A DNA stretch of 20,000 bases, from assembly GCF_021246445.1 (NCBI RefSeq), contig NZ_JAJQXW010000003.1:418690-438689 (forward strand). Reading direction: 5' to 3'. The position numbers and the translations under genes were made by a program. The DNA is from Rhabdothermincola salaria. GTDB taxonomy: Bacteria > Actinomycetota > Acidimicrobiia > Acidimicrobiales > Acidimicrobilacustridaceae. Of this stretch, positions 9,054 to 17,122 are shown piece after piece. Numbering within the stretch: position 1 is the first letter of the stretch; every line of letters starts with the position of its first letter. The notes under the pieces were generated by a model that saw nothing but the letters and a program-made list of their open reading frames with translations, searched no databases and was not told the DNA's origin.

Positions 9054-9974
9054 CTACTTGGGGATCACGCCGCCGGCGGCGAGCCAGCGAGAGATCACGT
9101 CCTGGGCCTCGGCCGGCGAGTACACGTCCTCCTCGTAGCTCCACTTGCCGTTGCCGGCGTAGTGCAGGATCGTGTTCACGTCGAAGCCGTAGTAGCCGTC
9201 GTCGCCCTCCGGCGCCGGCAAGATGTTGGGGATGAGCGCGCTCACCCGGTTGCCGTCGACCGTGAAGTAGCTGACCGGGAACTCCATGGTGGGGAAGGGC
9301 TGCATCACGCCGTTGATCCAGTCGCGGATCTCCTGCTGGCCCTTGAAGTAGCCGTAGTGGTGCTCGCGGTACTCGGCGTCGTCGGTGAACTGGTCGGCCC
9401 ACTGGTTCCAGTCGCCCGTGGCCACCGCGATCGATCCCCGCTCGCGGTACTTGGCGAACTCGGCCTCGATCTCGTCGCGGGGGAACGCCGGCTCCGGCAC
9501 GGGCGGTGACCACCCGTCGATCCCCTGCAGCGAACGGTCCTGCGGGGTCGATCGGCGACCACCCGCCTTGAGCCACTCGCCGAACACCCGGCCGGCGTCC
9601 TCGGGGTTGTAGTAGTCGCCCTCGAAGCTGAACTTCCCGTCGCCGGCGTACTCGAGGAACGTGGTGTTGGGGAAGCCGAAGCGCTGGCCGGTGCCCGTCG
9701 GGTCCGGCAGGTTGTTCCAGATGTAGAAGCTGATGCGGTTGCCGTCGATGGCGTACCACTCGATCCACAGCGTCATGGACGGGTAGTCGGCCATGCAGTC
9801 GACGATCCACCGCTCGATCTCGGCCCGACCGTGGAACACCCCGAGGTTGTGCTCCTCGTAGAGCGCGTCCTCGGTGAACAGCTGGGCCCAGGCCGGCCAG
9901 TCGTGCGTCTCGACGCCACGACGCCGGAACTCGGCGAACGCCGCCTCGATCTCTTCGCGCGGATACTCGGTCAT
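9054..9974 (-). CDS. Tandem SnoaL-like / NTF2-family protein (two domains)
   Basis: Two homologous repeats: YPREEIEAAF..DWPAWAQLFTEDALYEEH..G..EIERWI and FPRDEIEAEF..DWNQWADQFTDDAEYREH..G..EIRDWI, each ending L(E/H)YAG(D/N)GK(F/W)S(F/Y)E.D.Y. Start set to ATG 9974. Confidence 0.85.
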   Translation of the reverse strand: MTEYPREEIEAAFAEFRRRGVETHDWPAWAQLFTEDALYEEHNLGVFHGRAEIERWIVDCMADYPSMTLWIEWYAIDGNRISFYIWNNLPDPTGTGQRFGFPNTTFLEYAGDGKFSFEGDYYNPEDAGRVFGEWLKAGGRRSTPQDRSLQGIDGWSPPVPEPAFPRDEIEAEFAKYRERGSIAVATGDWNQWADQFTDDAEYREHHYGYFKGQQEIRDWINGVMQPFPTMEFPVSYFTVDGNRVSALIPNILPAPEGDDGYYGFDVNTILHYAGNGKWSYEEDVYSPAEAQDVISRWLAAGGVIPK

Positions 9975-10209
9975 CTCGGTTCCCCCGAACTCGTACGGGC
10001 CCGTCGAGCGGACGGCATCGAGCCGCGCCCCATCGGACCTCCCCCAAGGGGGCCAACCTACCGGCCCGACGGCGGGGGCGCTCGGGCGGGAGGGCGCGGG
10101 CCGCCTCAGGGAAGCTCGGCGACGACGTCGAGCGCGGCGGCGGGCGGGAACGGCAACGCCGACGATTCCCCCGTTGGCCGACACCGACCCGAACGGCGAC
10201 GCCCCGGGG

Positions 10210-11499
10210 TCAGGCAGTCGCGGTGCGATGGCGGCCCAGGGCCTCGAGGCGGGCGATGAGGTCGTCGGTGCGGGTCTCGGCGGCGATGGACTCGGCCAGG
10301 CGGCGGGCGGCGTACCGGTAGGTGTCGTCGGCGAGCACCCGCTCGACCGCGGCGGCGATGCGGGGGGCGCCGGCCCGGGGTGGGAGGCGGACCCCGGCGC
10401 CGGCGTGCACCACTCGGGCCGCCGTGTCGTTCTGGTCGCGGCCCATCGGCAGGCACACCAACGGCACGCCCGCGGCCAACGCCTTCATCGTGGTGCCGTG
10501 ACCGCAGTGGCTGATGGCCAGGGCGGCGTCGCGCAGCAGCGGCCCGTGGGGGGTGGAGGGCACCACCGCCACGTTGGGTGCCGCCGGCACCTCGTCGGCC
10601 TCGACGGCCCCGCCCAGGGTGACCACGCCCCGCACGGGCAGACGGGAGAGCGCCTCCACCACCCTTCGCAGCTGGGCGGCCTGGTCCTGGAACGTGGTGC
10701 TGAACCCCACCAGCACCAGGGGGTCGTCGGGATCGCCGACGAGCGGCGACGTCCACTCCCCGGCCGGGTCGGGCTCGTCGAGGACGGGGCCCACATAGGT
10801 GACCTCCTCACCCAACGTCGGCGCGGCGAAGTCGAAGGTCGGGCTGGTCAGCACGTAGATCCCGTCGGCGCCGAGCACCTGGTCCCACAGCGAGGCGAGC
10901 GGGGTGAGCCCGTGCTGGGCCCGGACCGCGTTGAACGCACTGCGATCCTTCTGGAAGATCCGGTTCGTCATCAACCGCATGAGGTCATCGCGCCGCCGGC
11001 CGGCGAAGGTGCGGGCCGGGGCGAAACCGGGGCCGATGGTGGGACACCCCGGCGTGGGCAGCATCCAGATGTTGGGCACCAGCACGGCGACCGGCCGTCC
11101 CGCCCCCTGGGCGCCGGCCATGGCCCCGAGGATCAACGAGTCGACCAGCACCACGTCGGGGTCCACGACGTCGACCACCGCCCTGGTGTCCGCCGCGAAG
11201 GCCGCCGCCGGGCCGGTCATGAACCGGTCGCGGACGTTGCGGAGCATGGCGATGGGGCTGGACACCTCCCAGTCGCGCAGGACCTCGTCGCGCGGGTCGT
11301 GCGTGCGGCGGTGCGGTGCGGTCGTCCACGGGGAGAACCCGGCCCCGACGGCCTGGGCCCGGTCGCAGACGGTCGGGTCGGCCAGCACGTGCACGCGGTG
11401 GCCCCGTTCCAGGAGGCGTCGGGCCACCGCCAGCTGGGGAGCCACGTTGCCGCCACCGTCCCAGGTGGCCAACAGGTAGGAGCGGGTCGGTTCCGTCAT
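10210..11499 (-). CDS. GT1 (MGT/UDP-glycosyltransferase-like) glycosyltransferase
   Basis: N-terminal WDGGGNVAP..LLERGHRV; C-terminal sugar-nucleotide signature PH..LL..A..ISHCGHGTTMKALAAGVPLVCLPMGRDQ. ATG overlaps TetR stop (ATGA 11499-11496). Confidence 0.92.
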   Translation of the reverse strand: MTEPTRSYLLATWDGGGNVAPQLAVARRLLERGHRVHVLADPTVCDRAQAVGAGFSPWTTAPHRRTHDPRDEVLRDWEVSSPIAMLRNVRDRFMTGPAAAFAADTRAVVDVVDPDVVLVDSLILGAMAGAQGAGRPVAVLVPNIWMLPTPGCPTIGPGFAPARTFAGRRRDDLMRLMTNRIFQKDRSAFNAVRAQHGLTPLASLWDQVLGADGIYVLTSPTFDFAAPTLGEEVTYVGPVLDEPDPAGEWTSPLVGDPDDPLVLVGFSTTFQDQAAQLRRVVEALSRLPVRGVVTLGGAVEADEVPAAPNVAVVPSTPHGPLLRDAALAISHCGHGTTMKALAAGVPLVCLPMGRDQNDTAARVVHAGAGVRLPPRAGAPRIAAAVERVLADDTYRYAARRLAESIAAETRTDDLIARLEALGRHRTATA

Positions 11500-12131
11500 C
11501 GGGGGTTCCCTTCGGGCCGAGGGGGCAGCGTGAGCAGGACGCCTTCGACGAGGCGACGCATCACGGCCTCGGTGTCGCTCCGGGACTGGTCCAGGTCCCG
11601 CCGCAGCAACTTCCAGACCATGAGGTCGGTGGCCCCGTAGAGGGCGAGCAGCGCCTGGGTCCGGGCCTTGGACCCACGACGGGGCAGGTGGTCGGCGAAG
11701 CCGCGCTCGAGCCCGGCCATGTGGGCCTCGCGGCCCTGGGCGAGGAAGTAGTCGACGGCATCGATGCGCCCTTCCATGGCCGCCAGGCGCACGTTGGCGT
11801 CCCCCATGCGCTCGTAGCGGTCCACGGTGACGGACACGATGCCGGCCACGTCGCCGGGCTCGGGCACCGCCGCGGCGGCGTCCTCGAAGGGCCGACGCCA
11901 GTCGATCACCTCGACGAAGAGGTCGTCCTTGGACCCGAACTGGCGATGCACGGTCTGACGGGACACACCGGCGGCCTCGGCGATGTGCTCGAGGCCGACC
12001 TCGTCGTAGGGCTCGGCCAACCAGAGCCGGTAGGCGGCGTCCAGGATGGCCAGGCGGGTTCGATCCACCTTGTCGCGACGGGCTGTCATCCGATACGGAC
12101 GGGTGACACCCCCGAGCCCCTCCTCTTTCAT
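11496..12131 (-). CDS. TetR/AcrR-family transcriptional regulator
   Basis: RPYRMTAR..TRLAILDAA..LEHIAEAAGVSRQTVHRQFGSKDDLF HTH; start ATG 12131 (alternative ATG 12089). Confidence 0.93.
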   Translation of the reverse strand: MKEEGLGGVTRPYRMTARRDKVDRTRLAILDAAYRLWLAEPYDEVGLEHIAEAAGVSRQTVHRQFGSKDDLFVEVIDWRRPFEDAAAAVPEPGDVAGIVSVTVDRYERMGDANVRLAAMEGRIDAVDYFLAQGREAHMAGLERGFADHLPRRGSKARTQALLALYGATDLMVWKLLRRDLDQSRSDTEAVMRRLVEGVLLTLPPRPEGNPR

Positions 12132-12147
12132 GCAACGGAGTGTCGCA
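12131..12147. promoter_or_regulatory. Candidate TetR operator abutting the tetR start
   Basis: Imperfect inverted repeat TGCAAC-GGAGT-GTCGCA (5/6 match) touching the ATG. Confidence 0.35.
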
Positions 12148-12289
12148 CGAAGTTGGCGAGGCGACAAGGGGCCCGTCGACGCGCGACCGCGTGGCCCCGA
12201 GGGCGCGTCGGACCCAGGGTCCGTCGTGAGGTGATCGTGGTCGTCGAGGTCCGCGGTCTGGCGGCTCGTCCGCCGGGGTCGGGGTCGGA

Positions 12290-13957
12290 TCAGACCTCGA
12301 CGACCACCGGGACGATCATGGGCTGGCGCTTGGTGCGGTTCTTGACGAACCGACCAGCGGTGCGGCGCACCACGGCCTGGAGGGCTTCGATGTCGATGGC
12401 CGACCCCTCGTTGGTGGCGTGGTCGAGGGCGTCGGCCACCGCGGCCGAGCACTCCTCCACCAGGGGACCGGTGTCGCTCTCGCTGATCCAGCCGCGCGAC
12501 AGCACCTCGGGGCCGGTGACGATCTCACGCTCGTTCACGTCGACCGTCACGAAGATCATGACGATGCCCTCCTCGGCGAGGACCTGCCGGTCGCGCAGCA
12601 CACCGTGGCCGATGTCGCCCACGCCGGCCCCGTCGACGTAGAGGTAGCCCGACGGCACGCGATTGCCCTTGGTCACGCCGTCGTCGGTGACGATGAGCTG
12701 GTCGCCGTCCTCGCACACGTTGATGCGGTCCTCGGGGACGCCCATCTGAGCGGCGAGGCGGGCGTGGCTGACCAGGTGGTGGTATTCGCCGTGCACGGGC
12801 GTGAACCACGCCGGCTGGGTGATCGACAGGACGGTCTTGAGCTCTTCCTGCTTGGCATGGCCGGTGGCGTGCACGTCCTCGATGCCCGAGTGCACCACGT
12901 CGACGCCGATGCGGAACAACGCGTCGATCACCTTGGTGACGTTCATCTCGTTGCCGGGGATGGGGTGCGACGACAGCACGACGGTGTCGTCGGCGGTGAG
13001 GTCGAGCCACTTGCTCTCGTTGGCCGCCATGCGGGCCAGCGCCGACATGGGCTCGCCCTGCGAGCCGGTGGAGATCACGCACACCTCGCCCGGAGGGCGC
13101 TTGTCGATCTCCTTGATGTCGACCAGCTTGTTCTCGGGGATGCTCAGCACGCCGAGCTCGCGAGCCAGCTTCACGTTCTTCTTCATCGACAGCCCGAGCG
13201 TGGCCACCACCCGTCCCTGGGCGATGGCGGCGTCCGCGATCTGCTGCACGCGGTGGATGTGGCTGGCGAAGCAGGCGGTGATGATGCGGCGTCCGGCGTG
13301 GGCGGCGAACACCTCGCGCAGGACCTTGCCGACCGACGTCTCCGACCGCGAGTGGCCGTGCTGGTCGGCGTTGGTGGAGTCGGCCAGCAGCAGACGGATG
13401 CCCTCGAACTTGGCGATGGCACCCATGGTGGCCAGGTCGGTGAGGCGACCGTCGACCGGGTTGAGGTCGATCTTGAAGTCACCGGTGTGCAGGATCGTGC
13501 CCTGCGGCGTGTGGAACGCGGTGGCGAAGCCGTTGGGCACCGAGTGGGTGACGGGGATGAACTCGCAGTCGAAGGGCCCGAACTTCTTGCGGTCGCCGTC
13601 CTCGACCGGGATGAACGAGGTGCGGTCGAGCAGGCCGGCCTCCTCGATGCGGTTGCGGGCCAACCCGAGGGCGAGGGGCGAACCGATGATCGGGAACGAG
13701 CAGTCCCGCAACAGGAACGACAGGCCACCGGTGTGGTCCTCGTGGCCGTGGGTGACGATGCAGCCCTCGATCCGATCCTTGTTCTGGCGCAGGTAGGTGA
13801 AGTCGGGGAGCACCAGGTCGATGCCGAGCATGTCGGCGTCGGGGAACATGAGCCCGCAGTCGAGCAACATGATGCGGTCCTCGACCTCGAAGGCGGCGCA
13901 GTTGCGGCCGATCTCGCCGAGCCCTCCGAGGAAGGTGATGGTCACGGGGGAAGCGAT
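12290..13957 (-). CDS. rnj: Ribonuclease J
   Basis: FLGGLGEIGRN, THGHEDH (HxHxDH), THS, HTGDFK, FASHIHR, TGSQGEP, HATGH, PVHGE, RQPMIVP. First canonical start is GTG 13945; an SD-aligned in-frame ATC lies at 13957 (see findings). Confidence 0.97.
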   Translation of the reverse strand: MASPVTITFLGGLGEIGRNCAAFEVEDRIMLLDCGLMFPDADMLGIDLVLPDFTYLRQNKDRIEGCIVTHGHEDHTGGLSFLLRDCSFPIIGSPLALGLARNRIEEAGLLDRTSFIPVEDGDRKKFGPFDCEFIPVTHSVPNGFATAFHTPQGTILHTGDFKIDLNPVDGRLTDLATMGAIAKFEGIRLLLADSTNADQHGHSRSETSVGKVLREVFAAHAGRRIITACFASHIHRVQQIADAAIAQGRVVATLGLSMKKNVKLARELGVLSIPENKLVDIKEIDKRPPGEVCVISTGSQGEPMSALARMAANESKWLDLTADDTVVLSSHPIPGNEMNVTKVIDALFRIGVDVVHSGIEDVHATGHAKQEELKTVLSITQPAWFTPVHGEYHHLVSHARLAAQMGVPEDRINVCEDGDQLIVTDDGVTKGNRVPSGYLYVDGAGVGDIGHGVLRDRQVLAEEGIVMIFVTVDVNEREIVTGPEVLSRGWISESDTGPLVEECSAAVADALDHATNEGSAIDIEALQAVVRRTAGRFVKNRTKRQPMIVPVVVEV

Positions 13958-14136
13958 GGGAGTTCTCCTGGAGAAGACGCCGGGGGACGTCGGACGGTGG
14001 CGGGGGGCGGGGTCAGCCCGTCAGCGCAGGCCGACGCATTGGCGAGCTGCCGGCGCGAAGCGGCGGCGTGCGGTCGGCTGGTTCGCCGCTCACTGATCCC
14101 ACATGTGCCCGCGAGGGTACCGCCCGGGGCGCGCCG

Positions 14137-15306
14137 CTAGCGGGAGCGGGGGAATCCGAGCCCGAACATGGCGATGAGGTCGCGCTGCAGCTCGTTGGTG
14201 CCGCCCCCGAAGGTGAGGATGATGGCCCCGCGGACCATGGCCTCGAGCCGTCCGGCCAGCACCGACTCCGGGGAGCCCTCGGCCAGGTAGGAGGTGGGGC
14301 CGATGACCTCCATCAAGAGGCGGTAGACCTCGAGGTAGAACTCGGTGCCGAAGACCTTCACCGTCGACGCGTCGGCCGGGTGCAGCGACTCGTGGGCCGC
14401 CGCCCACGCCACCTTCCAGTTGGCCAGGCGCAGGAACTCGAGGCGGGCGTGCACCCGGGCCAGGTTGAGCTGCACCCACTCCTGGTCGATCACGCGACGG
14501 CCGTCGGCCAGCGTGGTCTCCTGGGCCCAGCGGCGCACGTCGGTGAGGCTGCGCTCGGGGCTGCCGCTGGCGCACAGCGTGACCCGTTCGTGGTTGAGCT
14601 GGTTGGTGATGAGCCCCCAGCCGCCGTTCTCCTCGCCCACCAGGTACTTGGCCGGCACCCGCACGTCGTCGAAGAACGTGGCGTTGATGTCGTGCGACGC
14701 CATCAGGGTGAGCGGTTGCAGGGTGATGCCCGGGGTGTCGAGCGGCACGATGATGACCGAGATGCCCTTGTGCTTCTTGGCCTCGGGGTCGGTGCGCACG
14801 GCCAGCCACACGTAGTCGGAGCCACCGGCCAGCGAGGTCCACATCTTCTGGCCGTTGATGACGTACTCGTCGCCGTCGCGCACGGCCCGGGTCTGCAGCG
14901 ACGCGAGGTCGGTGCCGGCCTCGGGCTCGGAGTAGCCGATCGCGAAGTGGATGTCGCCGGCCAGGATCCGGGGCAGGAAGAAGTCCTTCTGCCACTCGGT
15001 GCCGTAGTTCATGATGGTCGGACCGACGGTGTTGAGCGTGAGCGTCGGCACCGGCGCGCCGGCGCGCATCGACTCGTCGAAGAAGATGAAGTGGTCGATC
15101 GGGTCGCGCTCCTGGCCGCCGTACTCCTTGGGCCAGCTCAGGCCGGCCCACCCGTCGGCGCACATCTGCTTCCAGACCCGCTTGGCCGTCTCACCGACGC
15201 TGTCGGACCGGACCTGGCGCGCCGTCTCTTCGTCGAGGACGTCGTCGTAGTAGGCGCGCAGCTCGGAACGGAACGCCTCTTGCTCGGGTGTGTAGCCGAT
15301 GTCCAT
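14137..15306 (-). CDS. Acyl-CoA dehydrogenase, FadE26/ChsE4-like
   Basis: YTPEQ, WPKEYGGQ, IGYSEPEAGTDLASL, NGQKMWTS, TNQLNHERV, QEWVQLNLARVHA, KVFGTE, ILTFGGGTNE.QRD closely follow mycobacterial FadE26 as recalled; SD GGGGAG. Confidence 0.93.
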   Translation of the reverse strand: MDIGYTPEQEAFRSELRAYYDDVLDEETARQVRSDSVGETAKRVWKQMCADGWAGLSWPKEYGGQERDPIDHFIFFDESMRAGAPVPTLTLNTVGPTIMNYGTEWQKDFFLPRILAGDIHFAIGYSEPEAGTDLASLQTRAVRDGDEYVINGQKMWTSLAGGSDYVWLAVRTDPEAKKHKGISVIIVPLDTPGITLQPLTLMASHDINATFFDDVRVPAKYLVGEENGGWGLITNQLNHERVTLCASGSPERSLTDVRRWAQETTLADGRRVIDQEWVQLNLARVHARLEFLRLANWKVAWAAAHESLHPADASTVKVFGTEFYLEVYRLLMEVIGPTSYLAEGSPESVLAGRLEAMVRGAIILTFGGGTNELQRDLIAMFGLGFPRSR

Positions 15307-15420
15307 GTGCTCCCCCTCGAACTGGCTGCGGCCGGCCGGCTCGGGCGACCGCGGTGGTCGTCAGCATCGCACGCGGTCCGCGGCCGGCGCCTCACCGGCG
15401 GGGACCGTCACCAGCGCCAG

Positions 15421-15455
15421 CGGCCACCAACGGCCACCAACGGCCACCAACGGCC
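15421..15455. repeat. 10-bp tandem repeat (CGGCCACCAA)x3.5
   Basis: cggccaccaa cggccaccaa cggccaccaa cggcc read directly; intergenic. Confidence 0.9.
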
Positions 15456-15504
15456 TTCTTGCATGGAATCGTCGCTGCCGGCAGCGACGATTCCATGCAA
15501 GAAG
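15455..15504. repeat. 50-bp perfect palindrome (REP/MITE-like or terminator)
   Basis: CTTCTTGCATGGAATCGTCGCTGCC|GGCAGCGACGATTCCATGCAAGAAG: 25-bp arms, no mismatch, no spacer. Confidence 0.9.
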
Positions 15505-15529
15505 CACCTCCGCGCGGTCCCGCTGTCGG

Positions 15530-17086
15530 CTAGCCGGTGAAGGCCGGGGTGACGACTCCCACCGCGACGGGCGCGGGGACCGTGGCCTCACCGCCGCCGT
15601 CATCCGACGGCCAGGGGCCGATGTCGGGGTCGGTGGACGCGGCGAGCGTGGCCGTGTCGCACCGGGCGCCCTCGGCGCGGCTCGGGGTGGCGACGTCGTC
15701 GAGGTAGTCCGAGGCGATGCGCTCCAGACAAGCGTCGCCGGTGAACAGCGCCACGTGCGTGGCCCCGTTCCAGGTGACGAGGACGCCGGAGTCGAGGTTG
15801 GTGCTGAGCGACCGGGCCCAGACGTAGGAGGTGGCCGGGTCCCAGCGGGAGGCGATGACCAGGATCGGCGGCGCACCCGGGGCGTCGACCGGGCGGTCGC
15901 GGGGCTCGACGGGCACGTTCATCATCGCCGAGAAGCGGTTCTCCCGGATCAGCCCGGGCCCCATGACCGGGGCGGGCCCGGAGACGGCGTCGATCTCGGC
16001 GGGGTCGCCCGGCATGATCCCGCTCGCTCGGGAGATCGGCCAGTAGGCGGGGATGGTCACGGAGTCGACCGAGACGAAGGCGGCCTCCTCCAGGTCGCCG
16101 GCCTCGAGGCCGGCGAGCAGCTGACCCAGCTGCGGCCAACCCTCGTTCTGGAACAACTTGCCGAAGATGAGGGTCGAGACCCGTGCGCCGTCCACGGGCG
16201 GCCCCACCGGCGGGCCGTCAGGGTCCGGACGGTAGGGGGTCGGGTCGTCGGCGAAGCGCTGGACCAACCGGGCCGTGCGCTCCCCCACATCGGTGCCGTC
16301 GTTGAAGGCGCAGTTGCGGTCCGCCTCGCAGAGCTCGGCCCAGTGCTCGAAGGCCTCCTCGGAGCCGAGCGCGTTGTTGAGGTTGAGCTCCTCGGGGGTG
16401 TCGGAGGGGTCGAGCGGACCGTCCAGGATGAACTTGTCCACGCGGTCCGGGAACAGGTCGGCGTAGACCGCACCCAGGAAGGTGCCGTAGGACGCGCCGT
16501 AGAAGGAGATGCGCTCCTCGCCCAGCGCCTGGCGGATGAGCTCCATGTCCTGGGCCACCGCCACCGTGCCGACGTGGTCGAACAGATCGGGATCGCCGGT
16601 GCGGCACGACGCCTCGAACGCGGCGGCGGCATCGGTCCATGCCTGGCGCTCCTCGGAGGTGCGCGGCGGCGACGCCAGGGTCTCGACCGCCATGGCGGCA
16701 TCTTGCGAGCAGGGCAGCGGCGTGGAGTCGCCGGTGCCGCGTGGGTCGAAGCCGATCTGGTCGTAGCGCTCCTGGGCCAATGGGAGGCGCAGGCCCAGAC
16801 CGCCGGCTCCCGGGCCCCCGGGGTTGAGCAGCAGCACGCCTCGCCGGTTGTCGGGGTCGGTGGCGGGGATCCGGCTCACCGCGATCTCGATGGTGGGGCC
16901 GGTCGGGTCGGCGTGGTCGAGGGGGACCTCGAGCAGACCGCACTCGACATCGAAGCCACACGGGCTCCAGTCGATCGGCGGAGCCGCTTGTGCGGCCGCC
17001 GTCTCGGTGTCCGGCGTCGGGGCGATCGTGACGCCGGCGACGAGCGTGGCGACGAGGAGTGGGAAGGCGACGACCCGGCGGAGCAT
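15530..17086 (-). CDS. Secreted alpha/beta hydrolase (TAP-like tripeptidyl peptidase / Hip1 family)
   Basis: Signal peptide; W.PC....ECG.L.VPLD, LLLNPGGPG, IGFDPRGTG, GASYG nucleophile, DPAT (Asp), ATH (His); C-terminus ...TPAFTG. Confidence 0.92.
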   Translation of the reverse strand: MLRRVVAFPLLVATLVAGVTIAPTPDTETAAAQAAPPIDWSPCGFDVECGLLEVPLDHADPTGPTIEIAVSRIPATDPDNRRGVLLLNPGGPGAGGLGLRLPLAQERYDQIGFDPRGTGDSTPLPCSQDAAMAVETLASPPRTSEERQAWTDAAAAFEASCRTGDPDLFDHVGTVAVAQDMELIRQALGEERISFYGASYGTFLGAVYADLFPDRVDKFILDGPLDPSDTPEELNLNNALGSEEAFEHWAELCEADRNCAFNDGTDVGERTARLVQRFADDPTPYRPDPDGPPVGPPVDGARVSTLIFGKLFQNEGWPQLGQLLAGLEAGDLEEAAFVSVDSVTIPAYWPISRASGIMPGDPAEIDAVSGPAPVMGPGLIRENRFSAMMNVPVEPRDRPVDAPGAPPILVIASRWDPATSYVWARSLSTNLDSGVLVTWNGATHVALFTGDACLERIASDYLDDVATPSRAEGARCDTATLAASTDPDIGPWPSDDGGGEATVPAPVAVGVVTPAFTG

Positions 17087-17122
17087 CGCCCGACCCTAGT
17101 GACCGGGTGAGCTCCGACGCGC

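Noticed and set aside
10210..12135. 641-aa ORF suggesting a long N-terminal extension of the GT1
   Set aside because: The extension overlaps tetR in another frame and is Arg/Pro junk; the real start is the ATGA-coupled ATG 11499.
15307..15420. KstR operator upstream of the FadE26-like gene
   Set aside because: No TnnAACnnGTTnnA-like palindrome found by eye.
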